Below are positions 38,917 to 51,049 of a DNA stretch of 64,000 bases, in pieces. This DNA is from Sphagnum compactum. Taxonomy: Eukaryota. Both the position numbers and the translations under genes were made by a program. The notes under the pieces were generated by a model, which worked only from the letters and a program-made list of their open reading frames with translations, had not been told where the DNA came from and did not search any database. The stretch covers positions 5,518,001 through 5,582,000 of the forward strand of contig OZ234493.1 of assembly GCA_965153455.1 (NCBI GenBank), given 5' to 3'. Within the stretch, counting starts at the first letter, position 1, and every line of letters starts with the position of its first letter.

Positions 38917-39278
38917 CAGTACAAAAAAAACTCCTGCATTTCTTTTCTCAAGCCTGCCCAAATGCCCAATTAAAATGTGTTTGGTGAAGCCAAGACACAT
39001 ATTGTTGTCACCCAAACACATTTAGGCCCATGTTTCTCATGCCTGCCCAAATGCCCAATTAAAATGTACTTGGTGAAGCCGAGACACATATTGTTGTCAC
39101 CCTAAACACATTTAGGCCCATGATTATGCACACTAAGAAGCATAAAGTCATACACCCAAAATGTGCATAATCACACACCCAAATGTGTGTGGGCATCACC
39201 CATATTTCTTTACAAAAATATGAATTGGGCTAAGGGCAGACAGTGAAAAAGAAATGCAGCAGTACTTTTTGAGACCTG
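38917..39278. mobile_element. Degenerate MITE with ~55-bp imperfect TIRs and an internal 89-bp tandem duplication
   Basis: cagtacaaaaaaaactcctgcatttcttttctcaagcctgccc..gcccaatt pairs with aattgggc..gggcagacagtgaaaaagaaatgcagcagtactttttgagacctg. The duplicated unit starts at 38944 and 39033. Confidence 0.6.
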
Positions 39279-39335
39279 CTGCTGATGTAACGTCGGGGGT
39301 TTCCCACTAGTCCACTTATAAGCAGTTTGTCAATA

Positions 39336-40003
39336 TCTTTATTATACTTAAGGTGCATTCACACTTGGTGTTAGGGACCCTAGTGTTGAGTCCACTAACA
39401 CCATGCTAGTCATGTACGACTTACGCGTACTTATCATGAACATTTTATGTTAAGTTAGCATTCACTTAACATTAAGCTATCGCCCATTAACATCAGGTGC
39501 CACCTAGGATGCCACGTAGATTTTCATGTAACACTGACTTAACATCAAGTGTGAATGCGCCATTATAAAGAAATTTTCATTGCATAGGTACAAATGGCCA
39601 TTGGTGGCGGCACTGGGTAACACCTATTTCATCCTAGTGGTCCTAAATTAAGTAACGACAAAATTACAAAGTTGACAATTTCAACTGTCTGACTCTCTCT
39701 TGTCTCGATAGTGAACTTGTTGAATTATTTTACATCGTGCAATAGGTTAAAAAACTAACCCCCCCAACGCCCCCCCCCCCCCCATCATGTTTCCCACGTT
39801 GGAGGTATGGGGAAAAAGCTGCAACCTCTTATGTGGCATGCCTATCCAGAAACCTGCTTTTTCCGGACATTTAAAAGCCACATTTGGACTATTTTAAAAA
39901 GGTGGCCACTAGGCCGGTGTCCGAATTGGGAACACATCAACAAATTGACATGTGCTAAGTAATTAGCCCTGGTCGGGGAGGGAGCGGGAATCAATCCGCC
40001 TAG
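39336..40003 (+). mobile_element. Non-autonomous Helitron
   Basis: The 5' end reads A|TCTTTATTATACTTATAAAG once the nested MITE is removed. The 3' end is a GC hairpin (gcgg-gaatcaat-ccgc) followed by CTAG|T. It sits in an A-T target with no TSD. Confidence 0.55.
39351..39562. mobile_element. PIF/Harbinger (Tourist-like) MITE, 212 bp
   Basis: TIRs are ggtgcattcacacttggtgtta and taacatcaagtgtgaatgcgcc (20/22), with TTA TSD at 39348-50 and 39563-65. Confidence 0.85.
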
Positions 40004-41275
40004 TACCCCGTTCGACGTTGCAGGGGTCGTACCCCATCCTCTCCGTTGAAAGCGCAGAACGGACGGATGAGATGAAGGTATTTTTGCTCGCCTTTACTAT
40101 ATATATATATATATATATTTGTTGTTGAAACTGGCGATTCCTGCGTCGCGGTGTGATAGCGTCATCAAGGTTTCAGGAACCACGTCGAGAACTCCGATTA
40201 GCCAAAGAGGAGTGTCTCCGTACTATGATAACCTTCACCGTTGGATTACAGATCCGACGCTAAGCCTTACTTTGCAAGATTCTGTAGCGTGCGTCCATTA
40301 CAGGGTGCAGCCTGTCGGTCCCTTGTTTTGCTCCCTTGTTTTCTTCTTGGCCTTCCAGTGCTGTGACAGGCTAGCTATGCTCTTTTGTGTTGGTTTACAA
40401 GTCTAGTAAAAAGATGTAGGTAGGGGAGATTCCCATTCGAGTGGTTCTCCTGAGGGAGGGTTTAGAAATATAGCGAGATCTCCTCAACTGCATAACTCCC
40501 TATGGATCTTCTGCTGGGGGAGATCCCTCAAAATACGAAGAGAAATAAATACATAATTCCCCTTTTATGTATTTATTCCATGTCCCCTGGAAAATTTGAA
40601 TAATAAAAAAATCAGCACAAGTTCTCTAGGTATACCCATGTACATTACCATTCTTCACACATGAAACATTGGTAATTATTAATGGCATGAAATTAATATC
40701 ATTTGTTTATGGTAGATAGATAGGTTGGCCTGGTTTGGTTTGTTTTTTCTTCTTTTACCCTAGTTTCTATCTTGTGGCTGCATCAAGCTTCTTGGTACGT
40801 AAATAATCACAATATTTTGAATTCATGGGGGTGAAGGTTTAGTGTAGGGTAAAACCCCAAGGTGGGGTCATTCTCAAAATAAGGGGCCTAGGATGAGGCA
40901 ATAGCTGTGTCTCGTCCTGCATTTTGGGAATGTCCACCATTCTCGTGGGTTTTAGCCATTGGTATAACACGAGAGTTATTAGGAAACTAAAAATATCTAG
41001 ATTAAACGTGGCATAGGTGGGGAAGGGTTCTTACACCCACTATTTAAAAGTGAGAGGAATCTTACACCTTTAAGTAGGCATAACAGCTTTCCTCTTTGGT
41101 TGGAGGGATATTGATGAATGTAAGATGCCCTCCAAATACACTAAGCAATCTCTTCAAGTGATTTACAACTTTGAATGGGATTGTTGACAGCTGTATCTTG
41201 TTTGTGTTGAGCAAAGTGCTCTGCTTTGTGGCATTGAACTAAAGTGAGACAAGTGTTTAGTGGCCTTGTCTTGGC

Positions 41276-41535
41276 TATTGTGTTTAGATTCACTATAGAG
41301 TATAATAGCTTAAGGGATTTTGGCCCCTGGGTAGTAGGTCTATTTTTATATGAAGATTTTTGAAAGATGATATTTTGGCTTGTGTTGAAACTTGAGATTA
41401 GTTATAGAGTAATGATATCTTGAAGGATTTTGGTTTCTTTAAGAGGATTTTTTTGAAGATTATATTTTGCATGGTGAAATATTTGAATTTTCAAAGTTCT
41501 TGTTTTGCCTAAAGATACTTTTTAATGCAAATGGT
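41276..41535 (+). repeat. Dispersed repeat, copy 2 of 8124..8395
   Basis: Direct sequence match to 8124-8395. Confidence 0.85.
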
Positions 41536-42594
41536 GAGGCCACAGTATGACACAAGTTTTTTATGGGAGTAGCCAGATTTGGCTACAAATAAAATATGAA
41601 AGTAAACAAAATTGAAGCATTCTTCTATATTTTTATCTATATGCTGGAACCTATCATTTGAAATCTGGCAATCTGTTTCTGAACCCTGTAAAGATGGCTA
41701 TACCTAGTTTGTGGTTTCCTCAGCTCTGAATGGGTGGCAAAAGCGCACTCATGGTGTCAAACTATGAAAACTATGTGAGAAGATATGACTTTTCAATACT
41801 AGGTTATTTTCCTTAACAATGAGCCTTTTTCTGATAACAACTAATCTAGTTATATGTAGTGGACTCAAGTTCAAAATCCAAAGTCATGGGAACCCATGGA
41901 GGATGGCCATGGGAATGCATTCATCACTTCATTGCAACAAATGAATAGTTTTTCAACTTTCCAGAAGCAAAATAGGGACACTAAGTGTGTCATCCTGACG
42001 ATCAGTCCTCGAAGGGAAATATCATGCAACCACGTGTCACCTGTTCCTGAAACTAGGAATTGTCCTCCTTCAAAAAGTAGGTTGGAGCAGAAAAGTAATT
42101 GTGGAGGTAGGTGGGGGAGACATTCGTTCTTTTTTCTTTTTGATTTAAACCTGTAAGACTTTATTCCAAGACAAAAACAACGGAGATGAAAAAAAAGTGG
42201 ATGGCAGTGGGAAAGAACAATAAAATCCAGACTAATTACTAAATGCTACTAAGTTCAATATGTTGGGTGTTCTTAGGAAGGGCTATTAGTTCCTGGCCAA
42301 AAATAGTGGCAGCCAATTTTAGGAATAGAATTTCCATGCAACCAATGAGAAGTCATGTTGGCATGGAGTGAAGGGGTCTCGAAGATGCAGGCCTGAACTA
42401 AAAGTCAGACTTAAACTAGCTATGGCTAATAGGATGTCTTTGTTTGCCTACCTAAATGAAACCTGGCAACCCTCATTTTGGATTCAGAGGCCCAACATGG
42501 ACACATTTGTAACATTAGAAATCATAGGCTTTCTATGAATTCTTCATACAAAATGGATGAATCTTTCTAAAGAAATATTTTCATCTTGAGAAAA

Positions 42595-42632
<38 letters not shown>

Positions 42633-44531
42633 AGGCCCTTTTGTTCAGTGTTTGCCCTTTCCGGTGGACCTAGCTCACCGCCCAGCTGGGGCGTGAGTAG
42701 ATAGATATGAAGTGAAAAAGGGAAGTGAAAAAGGGAGATAATTGCGAAAGAGTGGTCGGTCGACTGACAATACCATACAAAAGAGCCTAAAGCCAAAAAA
42801 AAAACTATAAATGCAGTTTCCGTACTCTTGAGCTCTACTCTAGAGAAACCTTGCCATACACAGCTAGAGCTAAACGAAAGCAGTTTACTTGTTAGGTGGT
42901 TCTCATATGGTAAGAACTACGAACCTGAGAGGGAGAGCCTATCAACATGATATATCCTACTTGAACTTCAATTCCCTTTGTTCCTTGGTAAGTGGCGAGT
43001 GCCCAAACATAATTAAAATAAAAAATCAAATCAAATTTTGTGATGACAAAACACCATAAAATTTCTTGAAGGGTTACCAATTGACATGGAATTGATAGAT
43101 CATTTCAAGTCAACAGTTGGATAAGTTCCAAACATTCTACACTTTCAAAGTCACATTTTGGAATGCAATGAGAGACAAAAGCTAAGCCAAAAGGAGGACA
43201 GTAGACCTATTGTACTTTGTAGAGTGCACCATCATCCTTGACACCTAAGAAATTTTATTAACCAGGGTAATTTTATATTCATTTATTTTGTAGGGGTGTT
43301 CATAATTGTAGATTTTCTTGGGTTTTATTGTGTGGCTAAAATTTCACCACTTGCCAAAAGAAGAGTGGGGGTTACAACTTGAACAAAGGATTTTCAGGAG
43401 AAAATCCCCCAATGTCACCATATTTTAAGGGGAAAAAAAGTTTGAATTTGTCATACTTAGAATTTGTCCTACTTAGACCATAGGCTATTGCATATGACTA
43501 TTAAGTATATAGGGAAGTTTAAAATATAAAATCTTTTTGAGCTGTAGCCAAATTTGGTTAAGTGCTTTGGTGATGATATCAGTCCACCTATTGAATCTCA
43601 ATATTCTACCAAGTTACTTTTACCAAGTTGTTTTTATTTTAAATATTAGTGCTTCATGCACTTAAATTTTTGAAACTATGAAAGATCTAAATTAAGATTA
43701 AATATTTATGCACGTATGTGTGCATGCAACATTAGGAAAGGCAACATCTACATGCGAGATGTTCACACTCTTATTAGGATAGGTCTGAGCTTCAAGGTAA
43801 ATCATAAAATTTGTACCAACATGTGTGATCCTGAGGTTGGGGGGATCCCCCAAGGTTGCGTGGAGAGCTTGTTGTAAATGTGTGTTTTACTCGTTCCCTA
43901 GTCAATCCACTGTCAATTTCCAACACCACCTACCTCACAAAATTGGGAAAAAGAAAACCTGGGTTTACGACCTTTAGAATATTCGAAGATTCTCCATGTG
44001 GCCTTTAAATAAGCGGCCTGCCTTACAGACCTTCCTCTTATCAGTCTCTCGTTTCTCCAGTTTTCTCCCTTCGTTTCTTTTCTGCGCTTCATCTCTGCTA
44101 CCTCTCGTCGTCTAGTTCCGTCATTCCGCTCGCGCTGTCCAGAGCTCGCTGCTCTCTGTGTGTATTCCCGGGCCTTGCTTTTTCCTTGCTCTGCCAAATC
44201 GTCTGCCCTGCACTCATTTGCCTGTGATCATCTCAGCCGAGCCTCTCTTTCGTCTGCTTTAGTCTGTCGCCAATCTACAAGTTATGTGTTGTATTGTGAC
44301 TTCGGAAAACTGCAAGAGTTGATCGGGAGATTCGAGGCCGTTTGAACCTAAATCATGTGATTTTTCCCTCTTCGTGTATGTATTTTCAACTAGATTTACA
44401 AAGAATTCAGGATCTAACAAGTTTTTGTGGTATCGTGCAACTCTGTGTGTGTGCGCGCGCTGTGACGTGGTAAAGAAGAAAGGAACTAAGTTCGAACGAA
44501 GAAAAAAAATTCGACCAAAACTTTCTTCATT

Positions 44532-47500
44532 ATGTCGAGCGGTTTGGAAGTCGAGGCGACCGTGTGCGCGACTCTGCCACCTCCGATGAAGAAAGCTTCT
44601 TTGAAGAAATTGCAGTCTTCACCGATCCGTGCGCGACCCGTGACGGAGGAGATTTTGTCGGATTCTCTCAAGACTGTGCTGCAGATCGAGAGAAATGTCG
44701 GCGGCGGCGGCGGGGAGATGCCGATTGACGACGGCGATGACAGTCGTGTCGACCCTCATGTCAAAATTAACCGCGGAATTGTGTTGGGGAAGAACATGCA
44801 CGAGAGCTCCTTGGAGATCAGGGAGCCGGAAATGGACGACGAAGTCACAGGAGAGATGGACGCTCACATGGCCGCCGTTTTGGCCCGCTACAGAAAAACT
44901 CTGGTTGAAAGGACTAAGTTCCACTTAGGTGAGTGTGTCTTCAAGCGTCGATCCGTCCCGTGACAGTAGTTCAACGGGGGAGGGAAAGTTGCCGTTTTGA
45001 AGAGGATGATGAAATCTGCTTTAACCTCGATGCTTGATAACGCCTTTGTTCTTGATCGATGCAGTCGATATTGCTCGCGAACCGAGTACATAAGCTTCGT
45101 ATTGTCGAAAGGGCGAATCCTGCAATCTGACCGCCATAGGTAGTCCATGGAAGCCATTTTGTACAAGGCCTCATGCAGCACTCTGAAAGTTTGAGTCTTG
45201 TGTCGTATGGTATTGCAGAGCCATTTACTGCAAGCAGGTCTGCAGCTTGAAGCTTAAGTTTAGGATTTGACAAGAAGTCTAACAAGAGCAAACCGGCCAG
45301 CTGCAGAAGGATTTTGTTGCATACAGAAACTAGAGATATTAATTTCCTTTTGTCGGCTGTTGGTGGGTGGCACGCTGTACAGGCTATCCTTACAACTTAG
45401 ACTTCGACTATGGAGCTCTATCACAGTTGCAGCATTTTTCCATTAACAATTTGGGCGACCCTTTCATTGAATCCAACTATGGGGTGCACTCCAGGCAGTT
45501 CGAAGTCGGGGTTCTAGATTGGTTCGCTCGGCTGTGGGAGTTGGAGAAAGACGAATACTGGGGTTACATCACCAACTGCGGCACTGAGGGCAACCTTCAT
45601 GGCATCCTTGTCGGGTTCGATTCTGCTCTAGTGATCTCATGTATTCTAATCAACTACAGTAGGTCTTCACGCATGTAGAACTCTAGGGGAGAAATTCTTG
45701 TCTCTCCTGTCTTGTTCATGTACGTGTACAAGACGCCATAGCCAAGAATAGGTAGACAGAAATTCTTGTCTCTCCTGTCTACCTATTCTTGGCTATGGTG
45801 TCCTCTTCAAGACAGTGGATCATCTGTGCTGAGTCATCTATTTCCTTAAATCCAATTGTGGCAGGAGGGAAGTCCTTCCGGACGGGATTCTGTATGCATC
45901 CCGGGACTCGCACTATTCTGTATTCAAAGCTGCACGCATGTATCGCATGGAAGCAGTGAAAGTGGACGCACTCATTTCTGGCGAGATTGATTGTACTGAT
46001 CTCCGACGAAAACTGACTGAGGGAAGGGAGAAGCCCGCTATCTTGAACGTCAATATTGGTGAGCAAATGAAACACAATTATGTCATGATCAGCATTTGAA
46101 ACATCACAGCTAAAGAACACCAACATTGGGTACTTCAGAAAATCAACCCATTTCTCTTAATTCCTTGCAGGTACAACAGTGAAAGGGGCTGTAGATGATC
46201 TCGACACGATTTTGAAAATTCTGAAAGACGTCGGATACACAGAAGATCGATTCTACATTCATGTTGATGGAGCACTCTTTGGCTTGATGATGCCATTCGT
46301 GAAAAAGGTAAGCATCCGCTCCCTCAATTTCCAGATCTCGGTTCTGATCTTTCGGAACACATCACAGTAGATTACCAGAGCACTTGCTTTGAATATCAAC
46401 TTGGCAGAAAGGCTTCACCTGATTATGAATCCTGGGTTGAGGGTGAAGCTCAAACTGATCAAATGTGATAGTGCATTGTGCTTAGTGCTTGAGTTTCCAA
46501 TCTGCCATAGCTACAAGGTCGTATGTTGTATACCTTAATTGTGGGTTGTTTGTGGAGTTGCAAGAGCTCAGAGATTCATCTTTGCATCATGGGTGGGAAT
46601 TCACAAATTCTTTGTGATATTCCCTGCACGGACTGCGATGATAGGCTTCAGATTTACCTCTGGATTCTACCTTCTAGGTATTGGGCACCGATTGTGAATG
46701 AGTGAAAGGCTGTGCTGTAGGCTAGCTGATAAACTCCATATTCACAGGCTAGAAAAGTTTAGGAATTAAAAATTTTCAATTGTCTTTCAGAGCTGAATCT
46801 CTAGTTTGAATCCACCCACATCGTGCAACTTCTGATTCACCACCACTCTGGATATTCTCGTTCCATCTTCTTAAAGGGTACTTGGGATTTGCGATACACA
46901 CGAAAGAGGCCATTTTCTGGAGAAGTACATGAGGTAAGTGTTCTAAAATCTAGTTGGAAGTTTATCTACATTTGCATTCTACCCATATTAGGTCTACTTG
47001 CTTTGGATGTCACACTATGACTTTCAACCTTAGAATGTGGCTGCCTTCCTTTTGTTCACCATTTTAGGCACAACACAGTTGAATTCAGTTGAGCGACTGG
47101 TTATAGATTGAACTCTATTCTAGGGAGTATAAACAGTCCGTGCAAAACTGATTTCTTTGAAGGATTTGTCTGCAGGCTCCAAAAGTGACTTTTAAGAAGC
47201 CTATTGGTAGTGTAAGTGTTTCTGGCCATAAATTCATTGGCTGCCCAATGCCATGCGGTGTGTTAATCACCCGCATGAAGCATATTAATGCATTATCCCG
47301 CAATGTTGAATACTTGGCCTCCCGTGATGCAACAATCATGGGTAGCCGTAACGGCCATGCACCTATCTTCCTTTGGTACACCCTTAACCGAAAAGGTTAC
47401 CGTGGCTTTCAAAAGGAGGTGCAACACTGCATTCGCAATGCCCATTATCTTAAAGATCGCTTGCGGAAAGCGAATTTTGGTGTTCTGCTGAATGAGCTTA

Positions 47501-47987
47501 GCAGCACAGTCGTGTTTGAGAGACCTGAAGATGAAGCCTTTGTGCACAAGTGGCAATTGGCATGCCAGGTACCTTCTTTTCATCCTATTCCAGCATTGAT
47601 TCAAAGCTTGTTTTGTAAAAGTTCATGATTTGTTTAGTTAGGATTTTCCCTTTTTGTAGCATCCGTGCATTGGAAGGTAGCTTAACAATTTTCACTCTTA
47701 GAAGCTTTGACAAGCTGAACAGAACAATGTGGTCTTGGCAGGGCAAGATTGCACATGTGATTGTGATGCCAAGTGTAACAATTGAGAAACTTGATCTGTT
47801 TGTGGAGGGGCTGATTGAAGCTCGTAAGCATTCCTTTGCAGATGGGAATGTGATTGTGCCTTGTATTGTGGAAGAGATAGGTCCTAAGAACTGTGCCTGC
47901 TCTCTCCATCGTGATGGTTTGCTCACAACCCCACTGAAAAATGTAGCACAAATTGGAAGCCATGAAAACCAGCCTGCTTTCAAGTGA
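44532..47987 (+). CDS. SDC1: Serine decarboxylase (group II PLP-dependent, HDC-like), 6 exons, 532 aa
   Basis: Exons 44532-44928, 45383-45614, 45865-46058, 46171-46307, 47176-47568 and 47742-47987. All are GT-AG and in phase, 1599 nt total. Motifs: [51 protein letters not shown] lysine in SVSGHKF, GSRNGH. Confidence 0.95.
45732..45802. repeat. 28-bp inverted repeat (hairpin) in SDC intron 2
   Basis: gacgccatagccaagaataggtagacag (45732-45759) pairs with ctgtctacctattcttggctatggtgtc (45775-45802) with one G:U and a 15-nt loop. Confidence 0.9.
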
Positions 47988-50900
47988 AGCTTGGAACCTT
48001 GAAGATTAACCAGTTGCTTCTTTGACTGTTTCGAGGCCAAATAATTGACAGTATCAGTGTAGGAGGCACTGCGAACTACCTTGGACCAAGAAATTTCATC
48101 TCCATATGCAACTCCTTTACCCACAATTGAAGTGGGATAAGGATGGATTGAAGCTAAAATGGGCATAAAAGATCTAGTGCCACTGGGAGTGTATTCAAAT
48201 CTGATAAGGAAATGTTTTGGTCTTGGATGGCTTTTACCATATTTCGAAGGTCCATTGAACAAGGGTCCTAACTTATGGACTGCAAACATGTGTGGAAACA
48301 CCAGAGGAGAAGTATGTGCATCTTCACTATTCTCTCCTATGTTTGGAGTGAAGGACATGAATGTACTGGATGGTTTACAACCCTGTGCATACTCTTGGTC
48401 TATTTTGCTAGAATCAGTGCCTACCCAGGCCATTTAGTTCTATAATATGCTAGCATGGATAGCTTACTTTGAACAAGATTTGGGTGATGACTTTGGCTAT
48501 TTTATTTGTGATTGCATAATTATCGGACTCCCATGTCTTGCATTACTTGCCTGCTCCCCATGGTTGGAGCAAAAGCTTAGTGTGTACTTGGTTTGGGTGA
48601 TGAAATAAATATATATTATATGTTTCTTTAGTTTTCTATTATACTTGACAATTCTCAACTATTGTGATTTTACAACTGTATTATTGCTCTTTTTAGTGTC
48701 ATTTTGCCATAGAAAATAGCGCAACTGCCAGGTTTGAAGCTACTCACATTGTTCTCATTTACATTCTTTTGTAAATGTCTTCAAAGTTCTCACTCTCATT
48801 GATGCAGGCTTGGTCTACTCAATTAAGAACCTTGAAGCCTATGTTAACTTCAATCTAGAGCAAGCTCTCTACAAAATGCCCTACCCATGATATTTCAACC
48901 ATTGAAAGAAATGGAGTTTGGCAGCCTCACTTTAAACATCTCAAATTCTGACAAACAAAACACACATACATTTTGAAGACAAAGTTTAAGAGTTCGTTAA
49001 ACTCAGATACAGAAGTGATGCTAGTACAAAGAAACTTCACTTTACATACAAAAGAAAGTGGCTTGAGTTTATGGTTTGGATAGTTTGGGATTTTGCTTTT
49101 CTTTTTCTACCCACCTCTTTGAAGATTATTTAACACCCAATCATAATGACAAGTACTCTATGTGATTATGATGAAGATACATAGCTATGTTTAGCAAGGT
49201 TTACAAGTTTATGATCTTTTGTTTACCATTCACCCTATAGATATAAGTGGGCGAATGTAATGAAAATGCTAGGATCAATCAAAATAGGTGTGTATACCTA
49301 TATGACAAATTAGCAATTGATGAAAGACAAATTGTGTATTGGCATTGCCAACATGAGGAAACAACATGGAAATATTCCAAGGGAAAAATTAACAAAAATA
49401 GAAAGAGAACTTTATTACCTTTGATAACACATTCAAGCCCTCTTAGAATGACAAAATGGTAACAGGATCTAAGGAAGTTCTAGAGGCATAAGTTAGTTAT
49501 TACTGAAGGCAATTAGTGCAAAGAACATAAATAGAATGCAAATAGAAGAAATATTGACTAGTCTATCACCATAACTCAAACAGATTCAACATAGCCAAGT
49601 GCAGTATGCGATTTGAGAATGCATATAAATTGTAGGATATTTTTGCACACACCTCATATTTTTCTTGTCATAAAAACAACCACCTACTCACAGTCAACGT
49701 AAACTTTGAACATTTAACAACTATGTAAAGTAAAAATTAGGTAAGTCTAAAATTTTATCAGCTGGGTATGGTGGATAAAACGGTCACAGAATAATCCCTT
49801 GATAGGAAAGGAAGACAGAACTGTTTAGGGCTAGAAAAGAATGAAAGGCAGATTTTTGGGGAACATGTAATTGTCAGTTTAGTAGTATGTTCATAGCATG
49901 GTATTTTCACTGTGCACTACTGTGAGCATTACTTGTCAGTGGTATCCCCAAATGACTTGTAAAATTTGCAGTTGGAAGAAGAGTGGAACTTAAATAGGGA
50001 ATATGGAGTTTATGCAATCGATAGGCATTTCTAGGTTGTGGATAGAGCAAACCCAATGCATGTTTACAACCTTCATTTGTAGGTTCCAAACCATTGCCCA
50101 CTGTTAAATTCAGTCAAGGGGTTTTCTACATCTGTTGAAGTGCTTGAACCTTGGAATCCTTAACAACAGTACATTTCCAGTTACATTTCATACTCTTGAT
50201 CTGATGTAGGACAGTGACACCACAACTACAGTTTGATTCTGAATCCACTGCTCGTATATGCAATGTCTCACATTGGCCATATGTTCCTGGCAACTCAATA
50301 GCTCAAGCAATCGAAAATACACCTAATTGCAGATAGCCGGAGATCAATTTTGGACCATCATTCCACTCTCCAAATATCTCTCCCAGGAAACCTTACAGAG
50401 TGAGATTTGCTTAGGATACAAATTTGTTCTAAGAGAAAAGTATTTCTGGATTCCCCAACTTGCTTCACTAATAACCTCTTGAAGATTGCTTCACAGTATG
50501 GGCTTCTCAAATTAGCACAAAGAATTCCACTCTTTTGAGGACACCAAACATCCTATGTTTCTGTAGTGTCCTGGCTTCAGATTAGTCAATTTACTGGATC
50601 TGTTCATGGGGAAATTAGCTTCCACACCAAGATTTCACACAATCAATCCCATCAATCAATTTACCTACATTTTGCACGATACACTAAGCTCTGGTGCAGA
50701 ATTGAAGATTTCCATTGCAATCCAATCTCATTGTTCCAGACCAAAACAAATTCATTTTGTCCTCCTTTGACAAATTAGACAACTAGCTATTCCAAAGCTT
50801 AGACATCCATTACATCAACAACTATTGTTACCACACTATTAACATACAGGAGTGTGCAGAGGAAAGAATTTGTAACATCTTGGAACCGCCTGGGAGGTCA

Positions 50901-51049
50901 CATCTGGTACGCAGCATGACTTGCAACTGACGGAAACCTATGCACAAGCTATGATGATATGACAGGAATTCCAAGCACAGCAATTCAGATTCATCATACA
51001 CTTGAAGTTACAGCAAAAACACTCCCATCTTGATGTCAACAGATGACAC

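Noticed and set aside
39286..40368. Second solo LTR (TGTAAC...GTGACA)
   Set aside because: No matching TSD at any candidate right end (for example gctga vs ggcta).
42673..42697. GC hairpin ctcaccgcccagctggggcgtgag as a Helitron 3' end or terminator
   Set aside because: On minus the CTAG is followed by G rather than T, and I found no matching 5' end.
45739..45759. miR169 homolog (starts TAGCCAAGAAT)
   Set aside because: Only the first ~11 nt resemble miR169 and the 3' half differs entirely.
44532..47987. Histidine decarboxylase or bacterial HGT call
   Set aside because: The motifs match plant serine decarboxylase and the gene has five spliceosomal introns.
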